Below, piece by piece: positions 62,312 to 64,000 of a DNA stretch of 64,000 nt. Each line of letters starts with the position of its first letter. Within the stretch, counting starts at the first letter, position 1. A program made the position numbers and the translations under genes. Under the pieces are notes generated by a model. The model had not been told where the DNA came from, searched no databases, and saw nothing but the letters and a program-made list of their open reading frames with translations. The stretch is from the human T2T-CHM13v2.0 reference genome, Homo sapiens: NCBI RefSeq assembly GCF_009914755.1, contig NC_060931.1; one strand, written 5' to 3'.

Positions 62312-64000
<1,689 letters not shown>

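Overview
Pericentromeric alpha-satellite (171/172-bp alphoid monomers) from a great ape or human. The SVA element requires a hominoid genome; the chromosome cannot be identified from the sequence alone. No real protein-coding or RNA genes are present: the ORF track consists of satellite, LINE-1 or SVA translations. Layout: (1) a short 4-mer higher-order repeat edge (1-1390); (2) forward-strand satellite up to a strand-inversion junction at ~5630-5670, then reverse-strand satellite; (3) an ordered series of progressively different monomer layers, with a 171-to-172 bp switch near 35 kb and relic dimer and 5-mer periodicities; (4) six retrotransposon insertions: four L1PA elements (three with twin-priming 5' inversions), one SVA, and a near-orphan L1 3' transduction carrying about 1 kb of non-satellite DNA. 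All six insertions appear to map to only two positions of the monomer, and orientation is fixed by position. I found no evidence for a novel protein-based system. The notable signals are structural and evolutionary. Counts and spacings were read by eye and may be off by a few bases.
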